A stretch of 63,663 bases of DNA, counting the filler, from Octopus bimaculoides (taxonomy: Eukaryota): assembly GCF_001194135.2 (NCBI RefSeq). It is 5 parts of 5 records of this genome, joined end to end, with 100 filler letters (N's around TTAATTAATTAA, not from the genome) between each part and the next. Parts side by side here need not be neighbours in the genome. Positions count along the whole stretch, not along the records: positions 24,938 to 44,219 come from NC_068981.1; 4 more parts are not named here. One strand, written 5' to 3'. This document shows positions 26,511-37,739 of this stretch, piece by piece. The notes below the pieces were generated by a model, which was not told the origin of the DNA, did no database searches, and worked only from the letters and a program-made list of their open reading frames with translations. The position numbers were made by a program, and so were the translations under genes. How positions within the stretch are numbered: position 1 is the stretch's first letter; each line of letters begins with the position of its first letter.

Positions 26511-26551
26511 TGTGCTGATGATACTTTCTGAGGCAGAAAGGCGTGTCCACA
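26511..26551 (+). ncRNA. Degenerate type I hammerhead ribozyme motif
   Basis: UGUG-CUGAUGA-UACUU-UCUG-AGGCA-GAAAG-GCGU-GUC^CACA: 4-bp stem I; one mismatch each in stems II and III. Confidence 0.55.
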
Positions 26552-26932
26552 GCTATTGTCTTGTCCCCAGACATATCTTTTTTCCATAACGGCAAGTCAA
26601 CTTTAGAGTATTCTTGATTCTTGAGATCATCTTCTTTTCTTATTTGGATTTAGTCCCAATTGTCACTAACTGATTACTTTATCTACTCAGAACGTGGCCA
26701 TTTCACCTAATTAAGTGTCCTAATAGTTAAATTTTGTCTCATTGATTGTGCTGTATAAAGTTTTCTTAGTTTTTGCCATTTTTATACTTCATTGATTTTT
26801 ATCTTTTCCTGATGATATTATCATATGTCTTGTATTATACCCACATCTCAAAGATTTGTAATCTATTTGACAGTGGAACATAACTAACGTTTTAATAATC
26901 GTTTCCTGATATTGATATTAATGTTTCACATT

Positions 26933-27142
26933 AAGGCAGAGAACTGATAGAATGGTTAGCATGCCGGGTGAAAATGCTTAGAAGAATTTCGTCATTTATT
27001 CCGAGTTCAAATTCCGCCGGAGTTGACTTTTCCTTTCATCCTTTCGAGGTCGATAAAATAAGTACCAGTTGAACACTGAGGGTGATGTAATCGATCTGCC
27101 CCCTCCCACAAAATTGCTGGCCTTGTGCCAAAATTTTAAATC
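26933..27142 (+). mobile_element. SINE family B, full length
   Basis: Head AAGGCAGAGAACTGATAGAATGGTTAGC plus core; TSD GATATTAATGTTTC (26914-26927, 27143-27156). Confidence 0.9.
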
Positions 27143-27252
27143 GATATTAATGTTTCCCCATTTTACCTTTTTTCAGATGTCTTTCTAGCTTTCTCAATCG
27201 TTCTTTTAATTTCTACTTCACATTTTCCGTTTTCTGATAGCATATGTCCCCG

Positions 27253-27613
27253 GTGGAGGCGCAATGGCCCAGTGGTTAGGGCAGAGGACTCGCGGTCATA
27301 GGATCGCGGTTTCGATTCCCAGACCGAGCGTTGTGAGTGTTTATTGAGCGAAAACACCTAAAGCTCCGCGAGGCTCCGGCAGGGGATGGTGGCGAACCCT
27401 GCTGTACTCTTTCACCACAACTTTCTCTCACTCTTACTTCCTGTTTCTGTTGTGCCTGTAATTCAAAGGGTCAGCCTTGTCACACTGTGTCACGCTGAAT
27501 AACCCCGAGAACTACGTTATGGGTACACGTGTCTGTGGAGTGCTCAGCCACTTGCACGTTAATTTCACGAGAAGGCTATTCCGTTGATCGTAAGCGACGG
27601 AGTGCCAACAACA
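27253..27613 (+). mobile_element. SINE family A
   Basis: tRNA-like head, (AAC) tail, TSD ATGTCC(C/T)CGGT; internal 20-bp deletion near the 3' end relative to other copies. Confidence 0.92.
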
Positions 27614-27659
27614 ATGTCCTCGGTATATTATCTTTGTGTTTTCAATAAGGTTTCCCTCA

Positions 27660-27800
27660 TGAGTTCAAATTCCACTGAGGTCGACTTTGCCTTTCATCCT
27701 TTCGAGGTTGATAAATTAAGTACCAGTTGTGTACTGGGGTCGATCTAATCGACTGGTGCCCATCCCCAAAATTTCGGGCCTTGTGCCCAGAGTAGAAAAG
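27660..27800 (+). mobile_element. SINE family B, 5'-truncated
   Basis: Core present; perfect 16-bp TSD AATAAGGTTTCCCTCA (27644-27659, 27801-27816). Confidence 0.9.
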
Positions 27801-28531
27801 AATAAGGTTTCCCTCAGTTGTAATATATATAAATATATGGGTGACTCGTTCTCTACTGAAGCAACATTGATTATATTTAACTTACATTCATTTTCTCATC
27901 ATGAAACCTTACTTTTCATTTACTGTGGTTAAAAGTTTCTGCACGTCATCCTTGTTTAAAGTTAATGACCCAGTATCGTCTTCATATTTAAGACCTATGA
28001 CGTTCATGCCTCCTAGTGACATTTCTAGAACGTCCTCTGTTTATCTGGAAAATGTTTCATTGTATAGATTAAATAACCTAGAGGATAGTGCACAACCTTG
28101 TCGGACGCCTTCCTTAATTTTGATTTGTATTTTTTTTTCTCCTTTCTGTTCCTATCACTGTTGTTTCTTCCCGGTATATTTTAGGTGTTATTTGGAGATT
28201 TTTAATGCATGTATTCTGATAGACTGTCCGTTATCTCATGTCTATCTATCAAATATCTAGGTATAATCTATAAAATTTATATAAACATATTGAATTATGT
28301 CTAACTTTCTTTCTTAGGTTAGTTATTCTGTTTGCAGTTCACATTACTTGTCTAAAACCACTTTGCTATTGACTTAACTCTACATATTCACTGGCTGTAA
28401 TGTTTCATTATATACATATACCTACCTACCTACTTAACTTACCTACCTACCTACCTACCTGCCTACCTATATTCGTAGGTACATACATAAATATATACAT
28501 ATATATATGTATGTGTGCGCGTGTGTGTATG

Positions 28532-28581
<50 letters not shown>

Positions 28582-28584
28582 TCA

Positions 28585-28626
<42 letters not shown>

Positions 28627-28901
28627 TATATATNNNNNNNNNNNNNNNNNNNNNNNNNNNNNNNNNNNNNNNNNNNNNNNNNNNNNNNNNNNNNNNNNNN
28701 NNNNNNNNNNNNNNNNNNNNNNNNNNNNNNNNNNNNNNNNNNNNNNNNNNNNNNNNNNNNNNNNNNNNNNNNNNNNNNNNNNNNNNNNNNNNNNNNNNNN
28801 NNNNNNNNNNNNNNNNNNNNNNNNNNNNNNNNNNNNNNNNNNNNNNNNNNNNNNNNNNNNNNNNNNNNNNNNNNNNNNNNNNNNNNATATATATATATAT
28901 A

Positions 28902-29575
28902 CAGTGTCCGCCAAAAATGCATACAATCAAGAACAGAAAAACGTGTAGAAGTATTTTAGTACTAAATTTATTCAGACATCATGATATTAATACTAGTTAT
29001 CCTTAACCTCTACAATTAAAAGACGGACTCTAAATGGTGGACATTAACTTCCAGACATTTATGAGTTCGACAAACTACTGCTCGGGCAACGTTGACCAAA
29101 GCGTCCAGGGAGATTGCTGCACATGCTGTTTCAGTTTCTTCCCGAAGAAAAGTCAATCTAACCGGTTTCCTGCGATACGTGGTATCGTTAAAAGTGCTCC
29201 ATAATTAAATGTCTGCTGGTGTTAATTCAGGAGAACGAGCGGGAAACTCAATTGCAACTCTTTGTCATAGCCATGTCTTTGCAAATTCTCATCCAGGTAA
29301 GCTTGCACGTCTCGGGTAGTAGTATAGCGGTGAGCAGTCTTGTTGTGTGCATATATGGTAGGTATAAATAGATGTACGTAGCATGTCTAGGTACGCTTGA
29401 CTAGTTACATTACCTTCGACGAAAAATAGTCCTATTAGACCTCTTGATAACACTCCACACCAGTCATTGGTCACAGGGAAATTGACTGCTTTATTCACAT
29501 GCAAGCAAGGAGTTTCTGGTGTCGAGTAAAAACAATTATATCGGTTCACTGCTCCATTTAGCTTAATATATATGC
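28902..29575 (-). mobile_element. Tc1/mariner superfamily (rosa/maT-like) transposon 3' half, degenerate
   Basis: WCGVLSRGLIGLFFVEGNVTSQAYLDML, QQDCSPLY (DGAPPH-like), frameshifted FPARSP-x-LTP, RKPVRLTFLREE. Terminus CAGTGTCCG adjacent to (TA)n. Confidence 0.82.
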
Positions 29576-29636
29576 TTCATCATACCACATAATCGTCCTC
29601 TTTTCATCCTCGCTAACTTTTCATCCTCGCCTAACA

Positions 29637-29771
29637 TTTTTTACTTGTTGCAGTCATTTGACTGCGGCCATACTGGAGCACCGTCTTTAGTCGAGGAAAT
29701 CGGCCCCAGGACTTATACTTTGTAAGCCTAGTACTTATTCGATCATCTCTTTTACCGAACCGCTAAGTTAC

Positions 29772-29772
<1 letters not shown>
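29637..29772 (-). mobile_element. SINE family C 3' fragment (CORE-like family)
   Basis: TTTTACTTGTTGCAGTCATTTGACTGCGGCC...AAGCCTAGTACTTATT matches the full copy at 53111-53514; runs into (TA)n and a gap. Confidence 0.87.
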
Positions 29773-29811
<39 letters not shown>

Positions 29812-30563
29812 NNNNNNNNNNNNNNNNNNNNNNNNNNNNNNNNNNNNNNNNNNNNNNNNNNNNNNNNNNNNNNNNNNNNNNNNNNNNNNNNNNNNNNNNN
29901 NNNNNNNNNNNNNNNNNNNNNNNNNNNNNNNNNNNNNNNNNNNNNNNNNNNNNNNNNNNNNNNNNNNNNNNNNNNNNNNNNNNNNNNNNNNNNNNNNNNN
30001 NNNNNNNNNNNNNNNNNNNNNNNNNNNNNNNNNNNNNNNNNNNNNNNNNNNNNNNNNNNNNNNNNNNNNNNNNNNNNNNNNNNNNNNNNNNNNNNNNNNN
30101 NNNNNNNNNNNNNNNNNNNNNNNNNNNNNNNNNNNNNNNNNNNNNNNNNNNNNNNNNNNNNNNNNNNNNNNNNNNNNNNNNNNNNNNNNNNNNNNNNNNN
30201 NNNNNNNNNNNNNNNNNNNNNNNNNNNNNNNNNNNNNNNNNNNNNNNNNNNNNNNNNNNNNNNNNNNNNNNNNNNNNNNNNNNNNNNNNNNNNNNNNNNN
30301 NNNNNNNNNNNNNNNNNNNNNNNNNNNNNNNNNNNNNNNNNNNNNNNNNNNNNNNNNNNNNNNNNNNNNNNNNNNNNNNNNNNNNNNNNNNNNNNNNNNN
30401 NNNNNNNNNNNNNNNNNNNNNNNNNNNNNNNNNNNNNNNNNNNNNNNNNNNNNNNNNNNNNNNNNNNNNNNNNNNNNNNNNNNNNNNNNNNNNNNNNNNN
30501 NNNNNNNNNNNNNNNNNNNNNNNNNNNNNNNNNNNNNNNNNNNNNNNNNNNNNNNNNNNNNNN

Positions 30564-30641
<78 letters not shown>

Positions 30642-31246
30642 CGAGGAGGGAATAGATTCATGCATATGTATATTCATAAATACTTATCTATATACATATA
30701 CATATCTATATATGCATATTGATAATCAATTTCTTTAACAGAATAAAATGTTTCTTTAACTGCGTCATTGTACTTCCAGTCATATCGATGTAATTTTGTG
30801 TAACTATGTCTTTTGTATATTTCAGCGTATGTTTCTTTACGCATTTTTGTAAGAGCTTTGTCCCTCCAGTTTGCAGGTCTACATATGAAAGTCATGTGTT
30901 TTTGTATACTTTTTATTTCATGTTCGGTGAAAAATTGAATCTGTTCATTAACAAAATGACATGATATTTTGTTTGCACCAAGATAATCCCAAGGATTTGT
31001 AAATATGCCAATGCAAGTTAATTTGTACTCATACGTGGATATATGCGTGGTTATACTTACACCTACTTACGTAAGTTCATTCTGGGCAAAGGTGTGTGTG
31101 AGAGAGATTATATTTTGTATGTGAGTCTTTGTATACCGTGTACGCATATTTGTGACTGCGTGTTTATGTACATTATTAACAAATCTTCATTGTGTCACTT
31201 ATCGACTGGATTTGTATGAATGTACGTACGTGTGTGTGTGTGTGTT

Positions 31247-31301
<55 letters not shown>

Positions 31302-31616
31302 CCTGACGTACACACATAGACCGCATGCTTGAAGAATGGATGGGAAATTTGAAGAAAATCGTATAGAGCATGAACTACTCAAGAGTGATGTTTATAAGAG
31401 CCTTGATTTGAATTTGCCTGAATATAATGGTGCACAACCTAATTTAAAACGTATTGATTATGGATGTGTCTGTCTAACTTAGAAGTCATTAGAGCAGCTG
31501 CACACATGCAAGGAAATTGTTAACCATACGATATTTCCGCATGTTGAGAGTGTGGAAAACAATGTGTTAGGCAGGATGTGGGCTGAAATGTCATATGGAT
31601 ATTAACCAAAGTGAAG

Positions 31617-31826
31617 ATTTTAAATCCTGGCACAAGGCCAGCAACTTCGGGAGAAAGGTTAAGTCTATTACATCGACCCCAATGTTCAACTGGTATTTAT
31701 TTTATCGACCCCGAAAGGATAAAAAGAAAAAACGACTTCGAAAAAATTTGAGCTCAGAATATTAACACGGACGAAATACTGCTAAGAATTTTGCCCGGAG
31801 TGTTTAACGATTCTGCCAGCTCGCCG
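31617..31826 (-). mobile_element. SINE family B, full length
   Basis: Reverse-complement head TTAACGATTCTGCCAGCTCGCC and core TTTTATCGACCCCGAAAGGAT. Confidence 0.87.
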
Positions 31827-32003
31827 TTTTAGGTGACCAAAATAATATTTATAAAATAAAAGGGGTATAACCCACGGATGTAGCTTTTCAGCATGATTGA
31901 AAACGCACATCTGTGTTGCTCGTGTTTAAGAGAAATATCAAGCGATAGCTTTACTGGAAATCAAGCTTCAGCTATCAAGTATGCATAATTACACAGTATC
32001 AAT

Positions 32004-32560
32004 GAGAAGAGCTTAAATATTACAAAGCCTTGCTATGTATGAAATAATAACGGAAACATTTGTTCTATACTAATGATGGGCAGAAAAAAAAGAGGGAAGG
32101 AGGAGAAACTCTCTCCCTCTTTTTAGCATCTGATCTTTGTTATTCGTTGAGGAAGAAAGGCGGATACGTCTTCTCTGAGAAGTGGTCAACAAACCGTGAA
32201 ATGGTCCATCAGGAGACTGCCTCTATATTTTTCTGCGCATCAGTAACGTAGAAAGAATGTGCTTACATTTCATACACAGCAAGGCTCTGTAATATTTAAA
32301 TCTTCTGACTTATCTTGGTTCGTGTATAAAATAGATATTGTTTAATTAATGACGAGCTGTCAAAGACGCAAATATGCAAGTCAAGTTACCGACTGTGGTG
32401 CTAGCTTCATTTATGACTGCTTCATATGAAAGCTGATATGCGTTATTGATTGAAGCAGGAAGGTACGTCTTCTCTGCAGATCGGCCAACAAACCGTGAAA
32501 CAGTTCATCAGGAGACTCACTCCCTCTTTTACATACATCAATAGCATAGATAGAGCCTGT
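32004..32560. repeat. Composite inverted + direct repeat (pseudo-LTR-like) with two degenerate HHR-like motifs
   Basis: 32004-32112 is an inverted copy of about 32212-32310. About 32130-32230 and about 32430-32530 are direct repeats offset by 299 nt. Confidence 0.7.
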
Positions 32561-33194
32561 TTACATTCTTGTTTCACCTACAGTGAGTTAGTTTTCTCTT
32601 TTTATTTACCCGAATTCTTCCTAAAAGAGGGATCTGGCTTCTAACAAAGTAACAAAGCTGATCACTGAAAATTGGAAATTAAAATTGATAAATGTTATAT
32701 GTTGAAGGCTTGCATATTTTTACTTCTCCGATTAAAGACTGTATACGTAAAATACGTGGCGACAGGTCCTTTTGCTCAAAAAAACTAGTTTTTCTGGCAA
32801 AAAGTCACATAATCTAAAAAAAAAGACTAATCAAAGACGTCAAAATTTACGTTTTAGGCTGTTTAAATTTTATTATCCGTTATGGGGTTTAAAGCAAATT
32901 TCTGTCATTAAGAGTGACAACTAAATATTTTTTTTTTTGAATTCTCAATAAATTTCTAATTCATTATTTGCAAATGAAATTTTCCTGCTTTTAATTAAAT
33001 TTGAAAAAAATATTGGATAAAGATATAATCATATTTTTTTTTGCGGAGCTGCATATTTATTCTTGTTTTTGGAAAGTATAAACATTTACTCATTTAGGGA
33101 ACTTGATGTTTTGCCTATGTCTACCAAGTGTGCCAATATGGCCTATGAATGTACGTAAATTTTCTTTTCGATTTCATTGTAGATGTAAGAAGTT

Positions 33195-34075
33195 TTGATG
33201 GACATGTTACACCAAAATTCCTGGTCTTAATATGCCTGTATTACCCTGGAGCAGTCTTTCCTACAGATAGCATTGTATATTGTTTTAACAACATCGTGCC
33301 ACAATGGAATAACATATGTTAATGACATTTTGGTGCAGCTGCTAATTGCATGCATTATATTCTCTACAGAAGAGTTACATAATCGATATTTTCGGTTGCA
33401 TCTGGGGGATTTAAGGGTTTCACCTTCCATTTTATCCATTAAGTATCTCGTAGTCATTTCCTATCCAAGGATTACAGGAGCATAACCTGCTGAATGTGAC
33501 GTGATGCAACGCTCGCTACTCCAAGAAAGGTTACACTTCATATTAATATTTTACAGGAAATTTACAGGAAACATTTACAGGAAACATACCCAAGCATCAC
33601 TTTTTCGTGGTATGCAGATTTTCTCTTTCAAGTCTTTCTTGACGCATGCTAGTCCAGCAATTTTCTGGTGGCATGGGACGTCACTGAGAAATACTTGTTC
33701 ATCGGTTCACTACTAACTCATAAAAATGTTGTCCACTTCATTATTTAAGCATGTAAATGATGTATTTATTTTTGCCGTTGTTAAGCAAATGCTTTCTGAG
33801 TGGTATCATGTCACACTTAGAATGGCATTATATGATAATCAAAGACTCCTTGCATCGCTATTAAACCTCTTCTTCCTTCATTTCTTCCGAAAACAGAAGT
33901 TGTCGAAACCACTGTCCCAGCGGAAACTTTCAGCTGAAATCAAGATGTTGCGGAATTTAGTTACCATGCAGTGGAATTTCTCTATAGACCAGTCAATTAT
34001 CTCCAGCTGTTGCTATCATTACTGGTGCTGAAAATGCACGTGCCAAATTGTCTTGTTTGGAGAAATCTCCAACTA
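33195..34075 (-). mobile_element. Second R4/NeSL-like (RLE) non-LTR retrotransposon fragment
   Basis: EIIDWSIE, GRNEGRRGL (R-x-x-GGRGL-like RT C-terminus), YRLCNSSVENIMHAISSC (CCHC-like), WHDVVKTIYNAI. Confidence 0.8.
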
Positions 34076-34444
34076 TCATGTTTTTCAAAGTCTAAATATT
34101 CATTCTTTGATTATATTTGATTCGCAGTACTTTTGTGTGAGTCTATGCTTGTATGTATGTATGTATGTATGTATGTATGTATGTATGTACGCATGTATGT
34201 ATGCATGCATGCATGCATGCATGCATGTATGTATGTTGTGACTATATTAATTTCTCATAATAGAGTAAAAGCCGGTTTCTAACACAGAAACAGGACTTGG
34301 AATCCAGAGAACATCAATTTATTAGTTATGTATGTATGAGTGTATGCATGCATGTCATTGCGTGTGTGGATTTGTATGTTTTGGTTTATACATCTGTATA
34401 TATGCTTATGCGTATCTGTATATATGCATGTATCTGTATATACG

Positions 34445-34506
<62 letters not shown>

Positions 34507-34688
34507 TGTGTTTGTGTGTGTATACATGTGCACACACATTAACTATAAACAATGGAAACAGACTTTTTAACGAATATCGATTTGCACATCCAGCTTAACT
34601 CGGATGTGTTGTTTTAAATGCCGTAAGCTGAAGTAGTGGTTCTGAGAAATCTTTCGCTTGGACTTTTACTGCTAAATAGCACTGTCAT

Positions 34689-35056
34689 TAGCAGGCTATA
34701 TCGGCAGACGAAATTTGGTCAGCACAGGCTGATGAGGCTGTTGCATCACAGAATTTCGTTTTGTTTTCACCTCCTCCGTAACAGACACCCTGTCAAACCG
34801 ATATAGTTTAACACTGACTAAACAATAAGTGATGTCGCACAAATTGGCAGATTGTGTATAAGTTAGCTATTATCGACAGAAGCAGTGTTTGTAATGAATG
34901 TTAATTTGCGCATACAATTTAACTTGGATTACAGTCTGGCATTCGGTGTTTGGGTGTCTGTTGCTGACGAGGCGAAAATTACGCCAAAATCACGTGATAC
35001 AGCAATCCCGTCCACTGGTGCTGACAAAATTTCGTCTGCCGATGTAATCTGTGCTA
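34689..35056. mobile_element. Fold-back element: about 120-bp imperfect inverted arms, each carrying an HHR motif
   Basis: ATCGGCAGACGAAATTTGGTCAGCAC...GTAACAGACACCC (left arm) versus GGGTGTCTGTTGC...GTGCTGACAAAATTTTCGTCTGCCGAT (right arm). Confidence 0.82.
34959..35004 (+). ncRNA. Minimal type I hammerhead ribozyme motif (G12A variant)
   Basis: UGUUG-CUGACGA-GGCG-AAAAUUA-CGCC-AAAA-UCAC-GUGA-UA^CAGCA. Palindromic stem III. The inverted left-arm copy (34738-34784, minus) retains GAAA. Confidence 0.72.
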
Positions 35057-35704
35057 CCTAGCCCTAAACGTGTCCCAGATCATTATTTCTGGCATGGCAT
35101 GCTTACATGATACAGAGGATTTGATAGGAACATTCTACCAGTATTGTTTCTTATTATTGATGAGCAAACCATCCAATTCACTGAAATTTTTTATATTTTG
35201 ATCTTCGGGATTGTTATTACTACTAGTTGTAATGTATTGCGTTTTAGTCACAACAAATTGCCACGTAAGCATTTTCAGACAACTATGTATGATGCAAGTC
35301 ACATCATCAGTGTTAATTTCATTTTGTCCGCATCGATTGTCACATCTAGATGCTTTACTTACATCCCTGTCCGTTTATGCATCGTCATTTCCTGTTCCTG
35401 TATGACCAAAGCATACTTTTCAAAGTGGGAGCATGTATACTGGCTGTTGGTTCATTTTGGTAGCCATCGATTCTGTCATTTTGAAGTAATCATGTATAAA
35501 TGAATGTATGCACGTATATATGTATGAATGCCACTATGCATGAATGCATCTATGTATGAATACATGTATGTATGTATGTATGTATGTATGTATGTATGTA
35601 TGTATGTACGTATGTATGGATGGATGGATGGATGGATGGATGAATGCATGTATATATGAATTATGTATGTATGAATGTATGAATGCATTAATGTATATAT
35701 GTAG

Positions 35705-35762
<58 letters not shown>

Positions 35763-35989
35763 GAATGTACCTATGTGTATTTGAACGTAGGTATGCTTGT
35801 ACGTATGTACATATTTATGTTTGCATTTAGGCAAATAAATTCATATATTCCCACAAATCCTAACCATACCGTTAATCGATTGTGTATTGGAGATATATGT
35901 AAGTCCATTCCTTTCTCTCTCCCTCTCTCTTCCTCTCTCTCTCTCTCTCTCCCTCCCTCCTTCTCTCTCAAGAGAACTCAAAAGTTTCC

Positions 35990-36620
35990 AGTCTTCTAGT
36001 AAATTTGATACTTCATAACCAATTCCGCCAATAACATTAAATGCAAATGAGAATTTATAGCCAGGCTTTACCAGTTGAAGTTTTAACAAACTCAACTTCG
36101 ATGTTGAGAATCTCTGTATCTTAGGTCGAACATTTACTTCAACTAATTATATGAGGATTTTCGTTTCCTTGTCGTGTGGAACACTATCAGTCCTGTCATG
36201 TTTGCACTTAACTCTTGTTTCTAATGGAATCTCTAGTCAGCAGTCTTTATTTTCAAAGATGCTGATGACATTCTGTGAGTATAGACTGACACGATAAAAT
36301 AACGAACAACCATCTGAAAGTTTGTAAGTTTTCGTATCTTAATCACCCTTCAACAGCCTACTACAGCGCTATGTTCTTGGAGAAAAGCATCTAAATTCTC
36401 ACAAGACTCAGTCCAACAATAGACTAACAACATACCATTGGTCAATAAGGTTTTAATTCTGTAAAACTAACAAGTATTTCGTTCATTTGCATAGGTCTCG
36501 TAGTAGGTGTGAATATTCAACGCTACTCAGACGAGGGTTCCTACGGATCGTTTGGACCCAGCTTTCCAATTTGCATCTAGATTTTCTCTTGGTTATGATC
36601 TGCATGGGATAACCAGTAGG
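35990..36620 (-). mobile_element. Very degenerate Penelope-like RT remnant
   Basis: Weak similarity only: FYRIK..GM, VVRYF (RYVDD-like position), KLSLLKLQLVKPGYKFSFAFNVI (L..NGYP..FI-like). Lies 3' of the HHR at 36947-37018 on the same strand. Confidence 0.35.
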
Positions 36621-36677
36621 CAACATATATCCATATGTGTCTATGCACGTATATAAATATATCCACAGATACCTATA

Positions 36678-36721
<44 letters not shown>

Positions 36722-36946
36722 TAAATCTCAAGGTAACAAAACATTTTAGAAATTCTATTTGCTACCAGTGGTCTAGCGAGAAGAAAAAACTAGTCAATAG
36801 ACTATATATTATTCATATAAATACATACAGTGTAGATTTAAACACATCAGAGGACATCTAACCCGCTAGAAAGAGCAGTCAAAACTCCAAACCACAATTA
36901 GGGATAATTTCGAAAGGGACTGAAAAATAAAAACATTTACCATCTA

Positions 36947-37018
36947 TTTTCCGGACCATGGTTTCAAGCTATTTTTAGCAAAATAAAATAATATAGGTCA
37001 GCTATCATCAGCGGAAAA
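36947..37018 (-). ncRNA. Type I hammerhead ribozyme, intact core
   Basis: UUUUCCG-CUGAUGA-U-AGCU-[29-nt AU-rich loop]-AGCU-U-GAAA-CC-AU-G-GUC^CGGAAAA: perfect 7-bp stem I, palindromic CCAUGG stem III, canonical GUC site. Confidence 0.85.
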
Positions 37019-37281
37019 GCCAAGATTAACACATAAATACGAGGCACTACATAGAAAACATGTTTTGACTGCTCCTTCTAGCAGGTTAGATGTCCTATTA
37101 TGGACATATCTCTGATATGTTTAAATGTACACTGTATGTATTTATGTATATAAATATATATANNNNNNNNNNNNNNNNNNNNNNNNNNNNNNNNNNNNNN
37201 NNNNNNNNNNNNNNNNNNNNNNNNNNNNNNNNNNNNNNNNNNNNNNNNNNNNNNNNNNNNNNNNNNNNNNNNNNNNNNNNN

Positions 37282-37428
37282 TGTGTCACGCTGAATATCC
37301 TCGAGAACTACGTTAAGGGTACACGTGTCTGTGGAGTGCTCAGCCACTTGCACGTTAATTTCACGAGCAGGCTGTTCCGTTGGTCGGATCAACTGGAACC
37401 CTCGACGTCGTAAGCGACGGAGTGCTAA
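37282..37428 (+). mobile_element. SINE family A, 3' part (5' part in gap)
   Basis: Near-identical to the 3' halves of the other family A copies. Confidence 0.9.
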
Positions 37429-37739
37429 TATATATATATATATATAATTTATGTGTGTGTGTATACATTACACGTTCTTGCATTGATATCAGGCGCTTCA
37501 TATTATTTAACTGTTTAGGACCATTGTATTATAAATGCAGGCTGTGAAATCTTATTCATTTCTAATACAGTAATGATGAAAATACTGTAAAAACAAAGAA
37601 GAGAAAGCATAAAACCTTTGAAAAATGTCAGACAACTTGACTCGTGGAAGCTTATATTTAAATATAATTAACATCTAAATTTTGATAGATATTAAGAACA
37701 TTATTGAATAAATTGATTCTTTTAATAATTTGATTAATA

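Larger units (their letters stand above)
26560..28390 (-). mobile_element. Old RTE-clade LINE reverse-transcriptase fragment, split by three SINE insertions
   Basis: IKEGVRQGCALSSRLFNLY...GGMNVIGLKYEDDT (27950-28130); YRGHMLSENGKCEVEIKR (27150-27250 and 27615-27625); NIRKRLLKR (about 26900). Confidence 0.85.

Noticed and set aside
27253-27325. tRNA gene candidates (also 54551, 41347, 53440-53514)
   Set aside because: Heads continue into repeat bodies with TSDs and lack a proper acceptor stem; they are SINE heads.
35255-35320. CUGAUGA...GAAA on minus as another hammerhead
   Set aside because: Stems I and III cannot be formed convincingly.
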